From Sulfolobales archaeon (GTDB taxonomy: Archaea > Thermoproteota > Thermoprotei_A > Sulfolobales > NBVN01), in the NCBI GenBank assembly GCA_038841535.1, contig JAWBTQ010000001.1, forward strand, positions 160,001-224,000: DNA of 64,000 nucleotides. The letters are read 5' to 3'. Below are positions 51,547 through 61,324 of this stretch, piece by piece (the first letter of the stretch is position 1; every line of letters begins with the position of its first letter). Below the pieces are notes generated by a model. That model was not told the DNA's origin, searched no databases, and saw only the letters and a list, made by a program, of their open reading frames with translations. The position numbers and the translations under genes are program-made.

Positions 51547-51714
51547 CTTCAGGTATGTGTAAAGAGAAGCTATCTCGATTATTAGCGCATGTAATCTTAG
51601 TACCTATATTAGCACTAAACACTACCACATAGCGTCTCTGCTACGATCAATACTCAATAGATCTACGAAGAGCGGTAAGCCGCGCTCCTATGAAACACTT
51701 TCCAGCCTTGCGCA

Positions 51715-51994
51715 ACTGTTTCGTCTTTCATATCTGTTTGTATTGGTTGATATTGATCGGAAACTTTATAAACACCTTTACAGTGATATATGTAGATACA
51801 TCTCGATGAGGGATCGAGAGCCGCTGTAGTGCTGTAGTTGACGGCTCTCCCCGAGGTACACCAAGATGTGGGGTGCTAGGGGTAGCCCCGAACGCCCCCA
51901 AGGGTGATGCAAACCCAAGACCTATGCGGGGGAACAGAGATGAAGCAATGAAACCAACCAATATAAACCTATATCGGAGCTGAACCCCTACAGT
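51715..51994 (+). mobile_element. Non-autonomous mini-element with family A omegaRNA-like scaffold (A2)
   Basis: Termini actgt...acagt; imperfect inverted similarity between 51718-51749 and 51955-51986; BRE/TATA ggaaac-tttataaa at ~51759-51772; 51862-51986 homologous to the tnpB 3' end of A1. Confidence 0.75.
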
Positions 51995-52415
51995 ACTTAC
52001 TAAGGTAGTTTTCTAAAATAGCAGCAGACCTCCTGTTAGCTATTAGAGTGTGAACCAAACCACCAATCTTTATCTTAATTACGTAAATCTCGCAGTAGAA
52101 TACTCCACCAATCTTTATAACTTCGCTAGGGCTTACCCCCAAGTACTTAAGTAGCCTCCCCTCGCTTCTATCAAGCACCTCTATCTTTCTCTTACTCTTT
52201 CTCACCGTGAATCCGCATTCGCGTCCCTCAAGAATAAGCTTCACATACCTCGATATAACGCTACTAACCTCTCGAGGAGACAGTGAACCTTTAGTCCTGC
52301 GTGATTCTGAGACCTGCGTATCAAGAACTACTTCAATAAGTCCATTCTCATTCAATAGCATAGTAGCTGGCATTAAGAACCTACTACTCCTAAATAAAAC
52401 CTTAACTTTTTTCAA
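51969..52415 (-). CDS. Hypothetical protein coupled to rtcB
   Basis: Overlaps the rtcB stop (ttga); its last codons lie inside element A2. Confidence 0.65.
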   Translation of the reverse strand: MKKVKVLFRSSRFLMPATMLLNENGLIEVVLDTQVSESRRTKGSLSPREVSSVISRYVKLILEGRECGFTVRKSKRKIEVLDRSEGRLLKYLGVSPSEVIKIGGVFYCEIYVIKIKIGGLVHTLIANRRSAAILENYLSKYCRGSAPI

Positions 52416-53899
52416 CCCTTTGCCACACCGATAGGTCTCAAACGCGCCACCAGTTTAGCTATCCTTACCTTGTGGCTAACTACAGCAACTCTATCGACGT
52501 CTTTATACGCTCCAGGCGCCTCCTCGGACACAATCCTCGATGTTGCTGCTCTTATGTAAATCCCCCTCGAACTCAGTTCTTGTGTCACGCTTTGAGGTCT
52601 GTAAGTCCTAATAGCTGCTTCTCTTGACATCCATCTACCAGCACCGTGAGCTGCTGAATAGAACGTCCTATTACCCTCTGGTATACCGACCATAACGTAA
52701 CTCGACGTCCCCATAGAGCCAGGTATCAGCACTACCTGACCTGTGGACTGATGTGCCTTAGGTATGTCTGGGTGACCTGGTGGAAAGGCTCTAGTAGCTC
52801 CCTTCCTGTGAACAACTAGCTTCAGACGCTTCCCGTTAACGACATGGTCCTCAATTTTAGCTATATTGTGCGCTACATCGTAAATTATCTGAAGACCTAG
52901 CTTATCTGGATCTACATTGAATACGCTTCCGAAAGACTCCCTAACCCAGTGAGTTATAAGCTGCCTATTGGTCCACGCATAGTTGGCTGCTGCGGCCATA
53001 GCAGCAAAGTAATCTTCTCCTTCTCTAGTCTTTATAGGTACTGAAGCAAGCTCTCTATCTGGAGGTGTTATACCGTATTTCCTCATGGCTCTCTCCATTA
53101 TCACTAAGTAATCACTAGCTACCTGGTGTCCTAACCCGCGAGAGCCCGTATGTATCATCACCATGATCTGTCCATCATGCTCTATCCCAAGCGCCTTGGC
53201 TACACCGGCATCGTAAATTTTGTCTACTACTTGAACCTCAAGGAAGTGGTTTCCCGCTCCCAACGTACCTAACTGAGGAGCCCCACGCTCTTTAGCTACT
53301 CTACTAACCTTACTCGGATCTGCCCCACGCATCGCACCCCTTTCTTCTATGTAGTCCGGGTCTTCCGGCCACCCAAACCCTTTACCTATAGCCCACTCCG
53401 CGCCATCGTGTAAGACCTTATCTAGCTCGGAGAAAGTGAGTCTAACCTTACCAGTACTTCCAACACCGGATGGAACATTGCGGAATATAGTGTCGATAAG
53501 TTCCTTTAGCTTCGTTCTGACATCGTCTAAACTCAAGTTCGTTCTCAGTAACCTTACTCCGCAGTTAATATCGTAACCTACTCCACCAGGAGATATAACT
53601 CCTTCCTCGTACTCCATTCCGGCGACCCCACCTATCGGAAATCCATACCCCTGGTGACCATCCGGCATTACGTAGGAAGCTGAAACTATTCCGTTTAAGC
53701 AAGCGACGTTTGCTGCTTGTGCTAAAGTTAAATCCTCTCTCATCTTGCTGATGAGGTAGTCGTCAGCGAATACTACCGCAGGAACCCTCATGCAGTTCTT
53801 GTAATCCCTAGGGATCTCCCACGTATATTCGTCCACTCTCTTTAAGGGCACCTTGGGAGGGGGTCCCCTGTACGCAGCTTCTTCAAACACAGCCTTCAC
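52412..53899 (-). CDS. rtcB: tRNA-splicing ligase RtcB
   Basis: MPDGHQGYGFPIG, DINCG, GNHF, HTGSRG, HN, HRKGAT, PGSMG, HGAGR; no intein. Confidence 0.98.
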   Translation of the reverse strand: MKAVFEEAAYRGPPPKVPLKRVDEYTWEIPRDYKNCMRVPAVVFADDYLISKMREDLTLAQAANVACLNGIVSASYVMPDGHQGYGFPIGGVAGMEYEEGVISPGGVGYDINCGVRLLRTNLSLDDVRTKLKELIDTIFRNVPSGVGSTGKVRLTFSELDKVLHDGAEWAIGKGFGWPEDPDYIEERGAMRGADPSKVSRVAKERGAPQLGTLGAGNHFLEVQVVDKIYDAGVAKALGIEHDGQIMVMIHTGSRGLGHQVASDYLVIMERAMRKYGITPPDRELASVPIKTREGEDYFAAMAAAANYAWTNRQLITHWVRESFGSVFNVDPDKLGLQIIYDVAHNIAKIEDHVVNGKRLKLVVHRKGATRAFPPGHPDIPKAHQSTGQVVLIPGSMGTSSYVMVGIPEGNRTFYSAAHGAGRWMSREAAIRTYRPQSVTQELSSRGIYIRAATSRIVSEEAPGAYKDVDRVAVVSHKVRIAKLVARLRPIGVAKG

Positions 53900-53931
53900 C
53901 AGTATATTAGGTACCTCCGACGCTAATAACT

Positions 53932-54462
53932 CTAAGTTCTATCTTTATTAAAGGTAACGGTATGCCAAAGCAATTCGTAAGAGCCTGAAAAGCTTAAAAC
54001 ACAGTTCTCACCTATTTCGCTCAAGATACTATTAACTACACTCACTAGCTCTACATCCAGAGCTTTAAAGCAACTAACTTCCCTAGATACGTAAACTCCT
54101 TCGGTGGACACCTCTACGTAACATGACTTCGAGGTGAGGGAATGATATATTCGTGTCACAAAGTCGCGTGCGTCTATCTCAGACGTTAGAATTACCTCAA
54201 CGACGATACTGCTGACACTCGGTGGAGTGTAGATTATGGATACTGCTACATCTCTTAATAGATTTTTACTGCAACTGAAATCGAACTTCATTCTTACGGT
54301 GTTAGCAACGTACTCTTCAGCTTCCACTAGAAGCCTCCTAATCGTCTCTAAGGGTACAAGGTTCTTAAGGAACTTGCTTAAACACTCCAGGCTAGCTTCT
54401 TCATTACCTCTGGCATCAGTTAGCAACACTCTACCCCTACTACTCGAAGCAATCCCTATCAA
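53932..54462 (-). CDS. Hypothetical protein upstream of rtcB
   Basis: 176 aa open frame with TATA-like ttataa upstream. Confidence 0.6.
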   Translation of the reverse strand: MIGIASSSRGRVLLTDARGNEEASLECLSKFLKNLVPLETIRRLLVEAEEYVANTVRMKFDFSCSKNLLRDVAVSIIYTPPSVSSIVVEVILTSEIDARDFVTRIYHSLTSKSCYVEVSTEGVYVSREVSCFKALDVELVSVVNSILSEIGENCVLSFSGSYELLWHTVTFNKDRT

Positions 54463-54535
54463 GATTCCTAGTATAATTATAAAGACAACTAAGTGCGAAC
54501 CTAGGAAATCAGTTCAAGAGTTCTAGGGTCTTGTA

Positions 54536-54801
54536 GCTGTTTTAGTGTGTAAGGTTATTGAAGTTTCCATCGATGTTTTAGAGTCAGGAGGAGCCTAGTG
54601 CATTCTCCGACCTTGGGGGGTGTTGGCGGGCGATGTCGGAGCCTCTAGGGGATGTTTACGAAAGTGTAGATGTGGATCTGTGCCGTCGGGCTCGAAGGGG
54701 CTCAAGACCCTCATGTGGAGTAGTCGGTAGCGACGTTGAGCCACGGAGTCGAGACCCAGCCACCACAGAAAAACCTGAGGAAACCTTGGGGTGGGAACAG
54801 T
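54536..54801 (+). mobile_element. Non-autonomous mini-element, family B (B1)
   Basis: Left end ctgttttagtgtgtaaggtt and core tagatgtg...gtgccgtcgggctcgaaggg...aaacc...gggaacagt both align with 63145-63367 (minus). Confidence 0.75.
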
Positions 54802-54835
54802 ATATTCCCGCACCTAGAGGAAATCGTATAAAATA

Positions 54836-55312
54836 CTACTTCATTGCTACAAACAGCGTCGACCTTGTTGCTTTGAGACCTGGTTCACCGTGCTCTACTT
54901 TCTTTGTTGATATAGCGAACTCTCCTAAGTAGTGTCCTATCATTTCGGGCGTGATCTTTACTGGAACGTACTCTTTGCCGTTGTACACAGCTATAGTTAA
55001 ACCCACCATTACTGGGAGTACTATAGCATCTCTTACGTGGGTTTTTACCACTACGTTTTTCCCGCGAGCTAGCATCTCTCTAGCTTTTAGGACTTTCCTG
55101 AGTAGCTTTAATCTCTCCGGTTCGTCTCTCTCTGAGTTCAACATACCGTACTCAACCATCTTGACCCTTATTTCCGGGTCAGACATTCTCAAGAGGCTTC
55201 TTCTAACTCTGGCAGGCAGTAGTTTCACTAGTTCGTCCATAGGCATGTTCATGAGTTCCTCTAGAGACTTGCCCCTATACCTGAATTTAGCCCACTCGGG
55301 CGGTAGCTCCAT
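54836..55312 (-). CDS. rps19: Ribosomal protein uS19
   Basis: FRYRG, KTHVRD, YNGK, GHYLGEF, HGEPG. Confidence 0.97.
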   Translation of the reverse strand: MELPPEWAKFRYRGKSLEELMNMPMDELVKLLPARVRRSLLRMSDPEIRVKMVEYGMLNSERDEPERLKLLRKVLKAREMLARGKNVVVKTHVRDAIVLPVMVGLTIAVYNGKEYVPVKITPEMIGHYLGEFAISTKKVEHGEPGLKATRSTLFVAMK

Positions 55313-55366
55313 TCTCGTATCAGGCGTAGTCTATCCCCTCAACATCTCGACTATTAGCCTAATAAG

Positions 55367-56083
55367 CTATCTCTTCGTCCTCCCAGTTCTTTTAGCAGCT
55401 ATGTGACCCACCTTACGCCCTGGTGGAGCGTTTCTAGATACTGTCGAAGATCTCGAAACGCTCTGGTGGGAGCCACCGCCGTGTGGATGCGATACTGCAT
55501 TCATCACCACTCCTCTCACCTTAGGCCACTTTCTCGCTTTAACCCTCCACTTATGATAAGATAATCCGGCTTTCAGTAATGGTTTTTCTGGTCTACCAGC
55601 ACCAGCGGGAACACCTATAGTAGCTCTACAGCTCCCCAAGACCATTCTCTGCTCACCGCTCGGTAAGAGCACTATCACATAGCTTCCGGACTTACCAAGC
55701 ACTACAGAGTAGCTCCCAGCCTGTCTAGCAAGCTTACCACCGTCACCTGGTCTCAGCTCTATGTTAAAGATCTTCGTGCCCTCCGGTATCTTACTTAATG
55801 GGAGGATGTTTCCAACAGCTATCGGAGATTGAGGTCCTACGTAGACTACTTGCCCTTCGTAAATGCCTTCAGCTGCCGGAACATAGAACTCTGAACCGTC
55901 CTCTAGTACTATCCGTGCTAGAGGGACCCAACGTCCAGGGTCGTGCGTTAGCTCTACTACAACTCCCCTCTTAGTGCCCTCAGTTAGAGTGGGATACCTC
56001 GCCGGTGCTACTCTTAGATGATATGGGCTTCTAAATACTGAAGTCCCTCTTCCAGCTCTCTGCGACAGTATCCTCTTACCCAC
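55367..56083 (-). CDS. rpl2: Ribosomal protein uL2
   Basis: MGKRI..QRAG, HDPGR, MNAVSHPHGGG. Confidence 0.98.
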   Translation of the reverse strand: MGKRILSQRAGRGTSVFRSPYHLRVAPARYPTLTEGTKRGVVVELTHDPGRWVPLARIVLEDGSEFYVPAAEGIYEGQVVYVGPQSPIAVGNILPLSKIPEGTKIFNIELRPGDGGKLARQAGSYSVVLGKSGSYVIVLLPSGEQRMVLGSCRATIGVPAGAGRPEKPLLKAGLSYHKWRVKARKWPKVRGVVMNAVSHPHGGGSHQSVSRSSTVSRNAPPGRKVGHIAAKRTGRTKR

Positions 56084-56098
56084 TCAGACCACCACCCA

Positions 56099-56362
56099 TT
56101 ATACCATACCTAACTTAGTGGCTACGTCTGACGCCTTATATTCTTGAGTTAGCTTAACGTAAGCCTTCTTCTCTCCTTTAGGCGTTATTACGGTTCGGAC
56201 TCTCAGCACTTTAACACCAAATAGTTCTTCAACCGCTCTCTTAATATCGTGCTTAGTCGCCCTCAGGTCAACTATGAATATGAGCGTGTTGTACCTCTCC
56301 ATATAAGCTATTGCCTTCTCGCTTGAGACAGCGGCTTTAATTACGTTGGGCAACTTACTCAC
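56099..56362 (-). CDS. rpl23: Ribosomal protein uL23
   Basis: SEKA, KKAYVKL. Confidence 0.96.
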   Translation of the reverse strand: MSKLPNVIKAAVSSEKAIAYMERYNTLIFIVDLRATKHDIKRAVEELFGVKVLRVRTVITPKGEKKAYVKLTQEYKASDVATKLGMV

Positions 56363-57168
56363 AGTGTTATCACCTCAAACTTCTCGCCTATCTTGCTGAG
56401 AGCACTAGCAGTTATTACCATGAGTCTGCCAGGATGACCCCCAGGAGCCAGGTGCATAACGCCAAGCAGGTCCGCAGAGACTACCTCAACACCGGGTAAG
56501 GCTCTGCCCGCTCTAACAACGGGGCTCTTTTTACCTGAGACAACTATTAGCAGAGACCTCGGCTCATCATATCTCCTCCCTCTCATTTTGCCTTTACCAG
56601 CTCTTATCTTTGTTCCTCTGCGGGCCCTCACGACATCATCCCAGACCTTGAGAGTCTTTAGGACTTTCTTTAGAGCTGACGTCTTATCTATGTTCTCTAG
56701 ATCGTCTATGACGACGACCGGCAGAGTAGATGCGGAGAACTTGTGGCCCCTATGTCTAACGAGGTCGGTTTCCGAGGTAGCTGCTAGTGCCGACGCTAGA
56801 GCGAGTAACCTCTCTTTCTTATTTACTCTTTCATGTATTCTCTCGGCTATAGTAGGTGGAAACGCTAGTCGACCACCTCTGACTTGAGGAGCGATTACGG
56901 CTCTACCGTTATCAAGCCTGGGGACTCTAGCTACCGAGTAGTTTATCCCCCATGATTCGCCGACTCTTCTTTTACCTGCCAGCTCGTCCCTACCCTTGGG
57001 TTGTATACGCGCCGTTAAAGCTGATAGAAACGCCCTCCTTATTATATCTCTCCTGACCGGGACAGAGAAGACTAGCGGTAGCTCTACCTCCTTCACAATA
57101 CTCCCATCAAGACCGTATAGCGGTACCCTCTTCGGTGCGACCTTCGCTGGCAACACTATCGTCATCAT
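56359..57168 (-). CDS. rpl4: Ribosomal protein uL4
   Basis: [28 protein letters not shown]. Confidence 0.97.
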   Translation of the reverse strand: MMTIVLPAKVAPKRVPLYGLDGSIVKEVELPLVFSVPVRRDIIRRAFLSALTARIQPKGRDELAGKRRVGESWGINYSVARVPRLDNGRAVIAPQVRGGRLAFPPTIAERIHERVNKKERLLALASALAATSETDLVRHRGHKFSASTLPVVVIDDLENIDKTSALKKVLKTLKVWDDVVRARRGTKIRAGKGKMRGRRYDEPRSLLIVVSGKKSPVVRAGRALPGVEVVSADLLGVMHLAPGGHPGRLMVITASALSKIGEKFEVITL

Positions 57169-57179
57169 GTTTATCCACC

Positions 57180-58202
57180 TTACTGCTTGCTTTCCAAGCT
57201 AACGTATACAATTTTAGGAGGCTCTAATATAGCTTTTGCTGGTGGTCTTATTGGCCACCGAAGCACTATTGGTCTCTTTGGTGGACCAAATACGCTGCCT
57301 AAGAGCAGAACATAAGTAGACCTAATTACCCCGTAATGAGGAAAGCCTCCGGATGGCGTGATCTCGTGTCCGTTATTGCTTATATTAAGTATCCACTTAT
57401 TAAAGTCCGTTCTCCTGTGGAACCCCATTTGACCGGCCTGCGGCACAGTACTGAGGGAACCCATTGCGGGAGATCTAGCTCCGATCCTCCTACTCCCTTT
57501 TCTGTGCTTATGCCATTTAGGAAGTTCTCTAACACCAAACCTCTTAATAACTCCCTGAAAGCCCTTACCCTTAGTAACACCTATTACATCAACAAATTGA
57601 CCAGTAGAAAAGATGTTAGAGATCTCGATAGGCTTTCCCAGAGTTGATAACGCAAAGCTTACTCTATCATGAATGCTACCACCTCCAACTTTAACCTCTA
57701 AGAGGTCAGGAACCTTCTTACTCAAGCCTCCGGTCAATCTAGGCTGAGTTGCTGCTATTATCGCTACGTCTACTACTCTGTCTACGTAACTTAGAACCAT
57801 CTTGGTTCTATGCTCGTTCTTCTGGGGGTCTACAGATAATGCCGATATCTTGCGCCATAGTCCTAACTCTCTCGGCGGCTCTGCCCATATCTCAGTTAAT
57901 GTCTTAAGACTACCCATGCTTCCATAGGTATAGAACCTCGCACCTAGTGAAACCATTGGGGGAGTTTCGATAACTGTAGCAGGAACCGTAATCTCTTGAC
58001 CATACGTCATAGAACCTGGTCTGCTATCTACTATAACGAGGTGCGTCATTCCAGCCTTATAGCCAACAAAAGCTAGAGGCTTTGGACTGGCTAGGTCTAC
58101 TTCAGGCCACGATTTCACTCTCGGAAGTAGTCTCTGTGCTCTCTTTCGAGGTCTAACACCTAAACTACCCCTACGTGGAGCTGAGTGCTTTCTTCGTGCC
58201 AC
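57180..58202 (-). CDS. rpl3: Ribosomal protein uL3
   Basis: PRRGSLG, GYKAGMTH, TKGKGFQG, AGQMG. Confidence 0.98.
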   Translation of the reverse strand: MARRKHSAPRRGSLGVRPRKRAQRLLPRVKSWPEVDLASPKPLAFVGYKAGMTHLVIVDSRPGSMTYGQEITVPATVIETPPMVSLGARFYTYGSMGSLKTLTEIWAEPPRELGLWRKISALSVDPQKNEHRTKMVLSYVDRVVDVAIIAATQPRLTGGLSKKVPDLLEVKVGGGSIHDRVSFALSTLGKPIEISNIFSTGQFVDVIGVTKGKGFQGVIKRFGVRELPKWHKHRKGSRRIGARSPAMGSLSTVPQAGQMGFHRRTDFNKWILNISNNGHEITPSGGFPHYGVIRSTYVLLLGSVFGPPKRPIVLRWPIRPPAKAILEPPKIVYVSLESKQ

Positions 58203-58318
58203 CGCTACCGCCTTACCTACTTCATTACCAGTACTCCACTTTAAAGCTTTTTCATTATATACTCCATTTAACTTTTAGCATCAATGTCTCCACCGATGCT
58301 GGCAATAGGTAAGATAGA

Positions 58319-58373
58319 AAGTCAGGCTTCGGGAGATACCTCACAACTCGGTACTCGGCTTTTACATCATCCA
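58319..58373 (-). ncRNA. Box C/D methylation-guide sRNA
   Basis: C atgatgt, 12-nt guide, D' ccga, C' tgtgagg, 13-nt guide tatctcccgaagc, D ctga. The D guide is complementary to cttcgggaga, recalled as a conserved 23S rRNA segment. Confidence 0.75.
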
Positions 58374-58430
58374 CTTCTGATCGGCTATAACACTTAAAAG
58401 CTATGGAATACACTGCACTCGGTGCGTGAA

Positions 58431-58559
58431 ATGGGCGGTAGACAGAGGACAACTCTTTTTATGGGAATAGGTGAGAGTGGGAGCTCCAAGGAAGCCGAAA
58501 AGGCTAAAAGCGAAGGCAAAAAGCAGGCAGCTGGAGAGAAGGAGAAGAAGAAAAAGTAA
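58431..58559 (+). CDS. Small lysine-rich ORF (42 aa), missed by the ORF track
   Basis: MGGRQRTTLFMGIGESGSSKEAEKAKSEGKKQAAGEKEKKKK; TATA-like cttaaaa ~30 nt upstream; purine-rich coding-like bias. Confidence 0.5.
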   Translation: MGGRQRTTLFMGIGESGSSKEAEKAKSEGKKQAAGEKEKKKK

Positions 58560-58574
58560 GTAGCCGGGATACTA

Positions 58575-59429
58575 GTGTTTAAATGGCCTCCCCCATTAGG
58601 GCGCCATTCTGTAGCTGTAGTGATACCCTCCTCAAACCTTGTTCTCTATAAAGAACTAAGGCTAAAGACAAGGTTGGCTGGAGACTACATTAGGGCTTTA
58701 GCTGTATTTAGAGTCTCCACTCTTGCTGTATTTAAAGACCCGGATTCCACTGTGGAAGACCATAATCTCTTCTTAAAGATCTCGAGGTACATGCTTGTAC
58801 CACCCTACTTACGTGTTAAAACCGAGGTGTTGAGTGAAGACCTCCGGTTTGCTGGGTTATTGCCTCCACTAACGATCTACCCTCATAACCCAGAAAGTAG
58901 GCAAGTAGCCTCCGGAGACATTAGGTTCGGGCTAGTACTTAGTGAGCACGGTTTAGTTGACATAGGCTGGGAGAGACCTTGCAGATTACTTGATGTGTAC
59001 TACGCTAGACCCGGTGACATAAAGCTAGTTAAATTGGAGAGCACGGAACCACTACTATGTCGCGAAGTGAGTGAACCACCCATTTATGCTGGTTATAGAG
59101 TTGTAAACTTAACTGACAGAGCTAGTCTTACTGACTTTCTCGAGCATTACGACTTAGTTATAAACACTAGTAAAAAAGGTGTGCTCGTACACAACGTCCT
59201 CAAGGATAGGGAAATTCTCAACAAACTAGGAGGGGCTAAATCTATTTGCTTACTGTTCGGCAACCCAAGGAAGGACTTCGACGAACTTGTTGGAGAAGAC
59301 GTGAGAAAGGACCTTGTAATAAACTTTATTCCAGGACAAGGAACCCTAACCGTCAGAACATATGAAGCACTAATTTCGTCTCTAGCTATACTCAACGTTC
59401 TGCTTGAAATATATCACGCAAAGCCTTAA
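58575..59429 (+). CDS. SPOUT-family RNA methyltransferase (COG2106-like)
   Basis: VPPYLR, AGLLPPL, YAGY, NFIPGQGTLTVRTYEA. Confidence 0.9.
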   Translation: MFKWPPPLGRHSVAVVIPSSNLVLYKELRLKTRLAGDYIRALAVFRVSTLAVFKDPDSTVEDHNLFLKISRYMLVPPYLRVKTEVLSEDLRFAGLLPPLTIYPHNPESRQVASGDIRFGLVLSEHGLVDIGWERPCRLLDVYYARPGDIKLVKLESTEPLLCREVSEPPIYAGYRVVNLTDRASLTDFLEHYDLVINTSKKGVLVHNVLKDREILNKLGGAKSICLLFGNPRKDFDELVGEDVRKDLVINFIPGQGTLTVRTYEALISSLAILNVLLEIYHAKP

Positions 59430-59651
59430 ACAGTTCGGAGTTAGCCTATCTCACTAGCTCTCTACAAAATGAATACTCAATGCGGGCCAATAAAACCTCC
59501 TTGTAAGGCCGAGAAAACTATTTTTAATCTAGGTAATTTTGAAAATCGAGCTATTCGGGTTAAATCTCTAACGAACACTTAAGTGATAAGGTATCCTTAC
59601 TGCGCCGTCGTTTAACTTTTTAACTCGTTAGGATCTTACAATAGGACTTCC

Positions 59652-60368
59652 ATGAAGGTGGCGGTAAAATATTTCGCAGTACTAAGAGAGGTAGTTGGGG
59701 AAAGTAGCGAAGAACTTGTTTTCGACTCATGCCATGCGACTGTTAGAGAGGTTCTAGAAGCAGTAATTCGTAAACACCCGGAGCTATCCACACTGGTTTC
59801 CGGTGGGCTCGTTCTAGTAATACATAGGGGGAGCATAATCAGAGAGCTCGACCATGAACTCGATCTATGCTTGGAACCTACAGTAGACCTAATTCCTCCT
59901 TCTGCTGGTGGTGAGAGTTCTAGTGAAACCCGCATCCTACTTGAGCAAGCCGTGGATGCTGAAGCTTTCTTGCGTAATCTCCTAAGTAAACTAGACCCAG
60001 AAGCTGGTGCTATAGCACTATACTTTGGTGTAGTTAAGGGTGAGGTGGAGAGTAGTAAAGTCGAGGAACTCAAGTATGAACACCATAAAGAATACACAGA
60101 GAAAGCTCTTGAGAAAATCTCTCTAGAGGTTTCAAGAATCGAGGGTGTAAAATATGTTGCTATACACCACAGCATAGGTACGTTTAAGCCGGGCGACATA
60201 GTCTTTGCTGTAGGGGTCGTTAGTCGGGGTAGAAAGAGTGCTATTGCGGCACTACAAGAAGTCGTTGAGAGAGTAAAAGGCGAGGCGGCTATCTGGAAGA
60301 TTGAGGTAAGAGAAGACGGGGCATTCTGGGTCATAGGGGATGGTAAGAGAATTCGAACAAAGTTGTAA
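59652..60368 (+). CDS. MoaD-MoaE fusion (molybdopterin synthase)
   Basis: VKYFA.LRE...PPSAGG ubiquitin-like domain fused to GAI..F.G.V...L.YE...R...K....IWK.E MoaE domain. Confidence 0.92.
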   Translation: MKVAVKYFAVLREVVGESSEELVFDSCHATVREVLEAVIRKHPELSTLVSGGLVLVIHRGSIIRELDHELDLCLEPTVDLIPPSAGGESSSETRILLEQAVDAEAFLRNLLSKLDPEAGAIALYFGVVKGEVESSKVEELKYEHHKEYTEKALEKISLEVSRIEGVKYVAIHHSIGTFKPGDIVFAVGVVSRGRKSAIAALQEVVERVKGEAAIWKIEVREDGAFWVIGDGKRIRTKL

Positions 60369-60416
60369 GTCCTTAGCTACGCAACAGAATGTTCTCGCTT
60401 AATATAGGTTGGTTGC

Positions 60417-60935
60417 TTAGGCCTGAGGTCCGGAGGTCGATATTCCTCCGGTTTTTCTATTTAATTTGTTCTTCACCATCTCAAGGGTATCACTTATGGT
60501 CTTCCAGTGGTTTCCCTGCCAGTACACCTTGTGACACTTGCCGCAATACCAGAAGGTATCGTACTTATTTAAGACTTCTGGTGGTACAAAAGAAGCTATT
60601 TGGGCTTTAGGTACTATCGAGAGTTTATTGTTGCAGAGGGGACACCTTGTGTTACCTTTATCAAATTCTACGTTCAGACCTAGTTTTTCTGCTACCAGAG
60701 CGAGTATGTCAGCTATCTCCGTCAGATCCGGGGGGATATAAACAGACTTCAAGTTCTTCTTAGTTGCTCTCTTATGCAACCCTAAGTCTCTAGTGACTAT
60801 GACCCTATCGTCACGTATGGCTAAGTTGAGGATGTCTGCATCCTGCGATTTCCTGGAGTACTCAGTATCGTAACCCAACACTCTTAACCAGCGAGCTAGG
60901 TTGCCTAGCATGTTATCTACGACGATCCTAACCAC
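60417..60935 (-). CDS. Mut7-C RNase domain protein
   Basis: DNMLGNLARWLRVLGYD, TRD, RCPLCN, CGKC.KVYW.G.HW. Start approximate. Confidence 0.92.
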   Translation of the reverse strand: MVRIVVDNMLGNLARWLRVLGYDTEYSRKSQDADILNLAIRDDRVIVTRDLGLHKRATKKNLKSVYIPPDLTEIADILALVAEKLGLNVEFDKGNTRCPLCNNKLSIVPKAQIASFVPPEVLNKYDTFWYCGKCHKVYWQGNHWKTISDTLEMVKNKLNRKTGGISTSGPQA

Positions 60936-61057
60936 TATGTAGCATCCACGTATTAAGCTTACGAAGACTTTTAAAGATCTCGGCACTCAAAAAGCGCTAA
61001 GTAATGATCCGAGCTCTAAATGCGAGAAGACGCAAGTAAGTGCCTTCTCTACTAAAG

Positions 61058-61324
61058 CTAGTCGCTCTTAGGTTCCTCTTTCGTCGTCAGAATTTTTAAA
61101 GCTTTTTCTGTTATGTGAACAAAAAACCTTTCTTCCGTAGTAGTTGTTACTCTAATCAAGCCCCTCAGCTCTAAAACCATTAGTAACCTAAGGAACTCAC
61201 TAAACGAAATATCACCAGCTTTTTTAAGCTCCATAAAGAGGGAGTCACCAGCTATCGTACCTCCCGCCCTTGCCACAGTCTCCAGGATAACGACCGTTGG
61301 CACTAACTGTTGAATCCTCCTCAT
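61058..61324 (-). CDS. Small winged-helix protein
   Basis: SFSEF..LLM.LELRGLI wHTH-like pattern. Confidence 0.7.
   Translation of the reverse strand: MRRIQQLVPTVVILETVARAGGTIAGDSLFMELKKAGDISFSEFLRLLMVLELRGLIRVTTTTEERFFVHITEKALKILTTKEEPKSD

Noticed and set aside
51728-51961. 77-aa minus-strand ORF, and likewise 13502-13774, 54595-54813, 54633-54932, 62941-63144, 63041-63283 and 63187-63570
   Set aside because: These frames lie across tnpB-derived elements; they are antisense or residual frames with no independent protein features.
52412-53899. Intein in RtcB
   Set aside because: The 495-aa length and contiguous motifs leave no room for one.
54811-54820. B1 putative guide targeting element B2 through the shared cacctagagg
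   Set aside because: Only 10 nt match, at the distal part of the guide; the proximal part mismatches.
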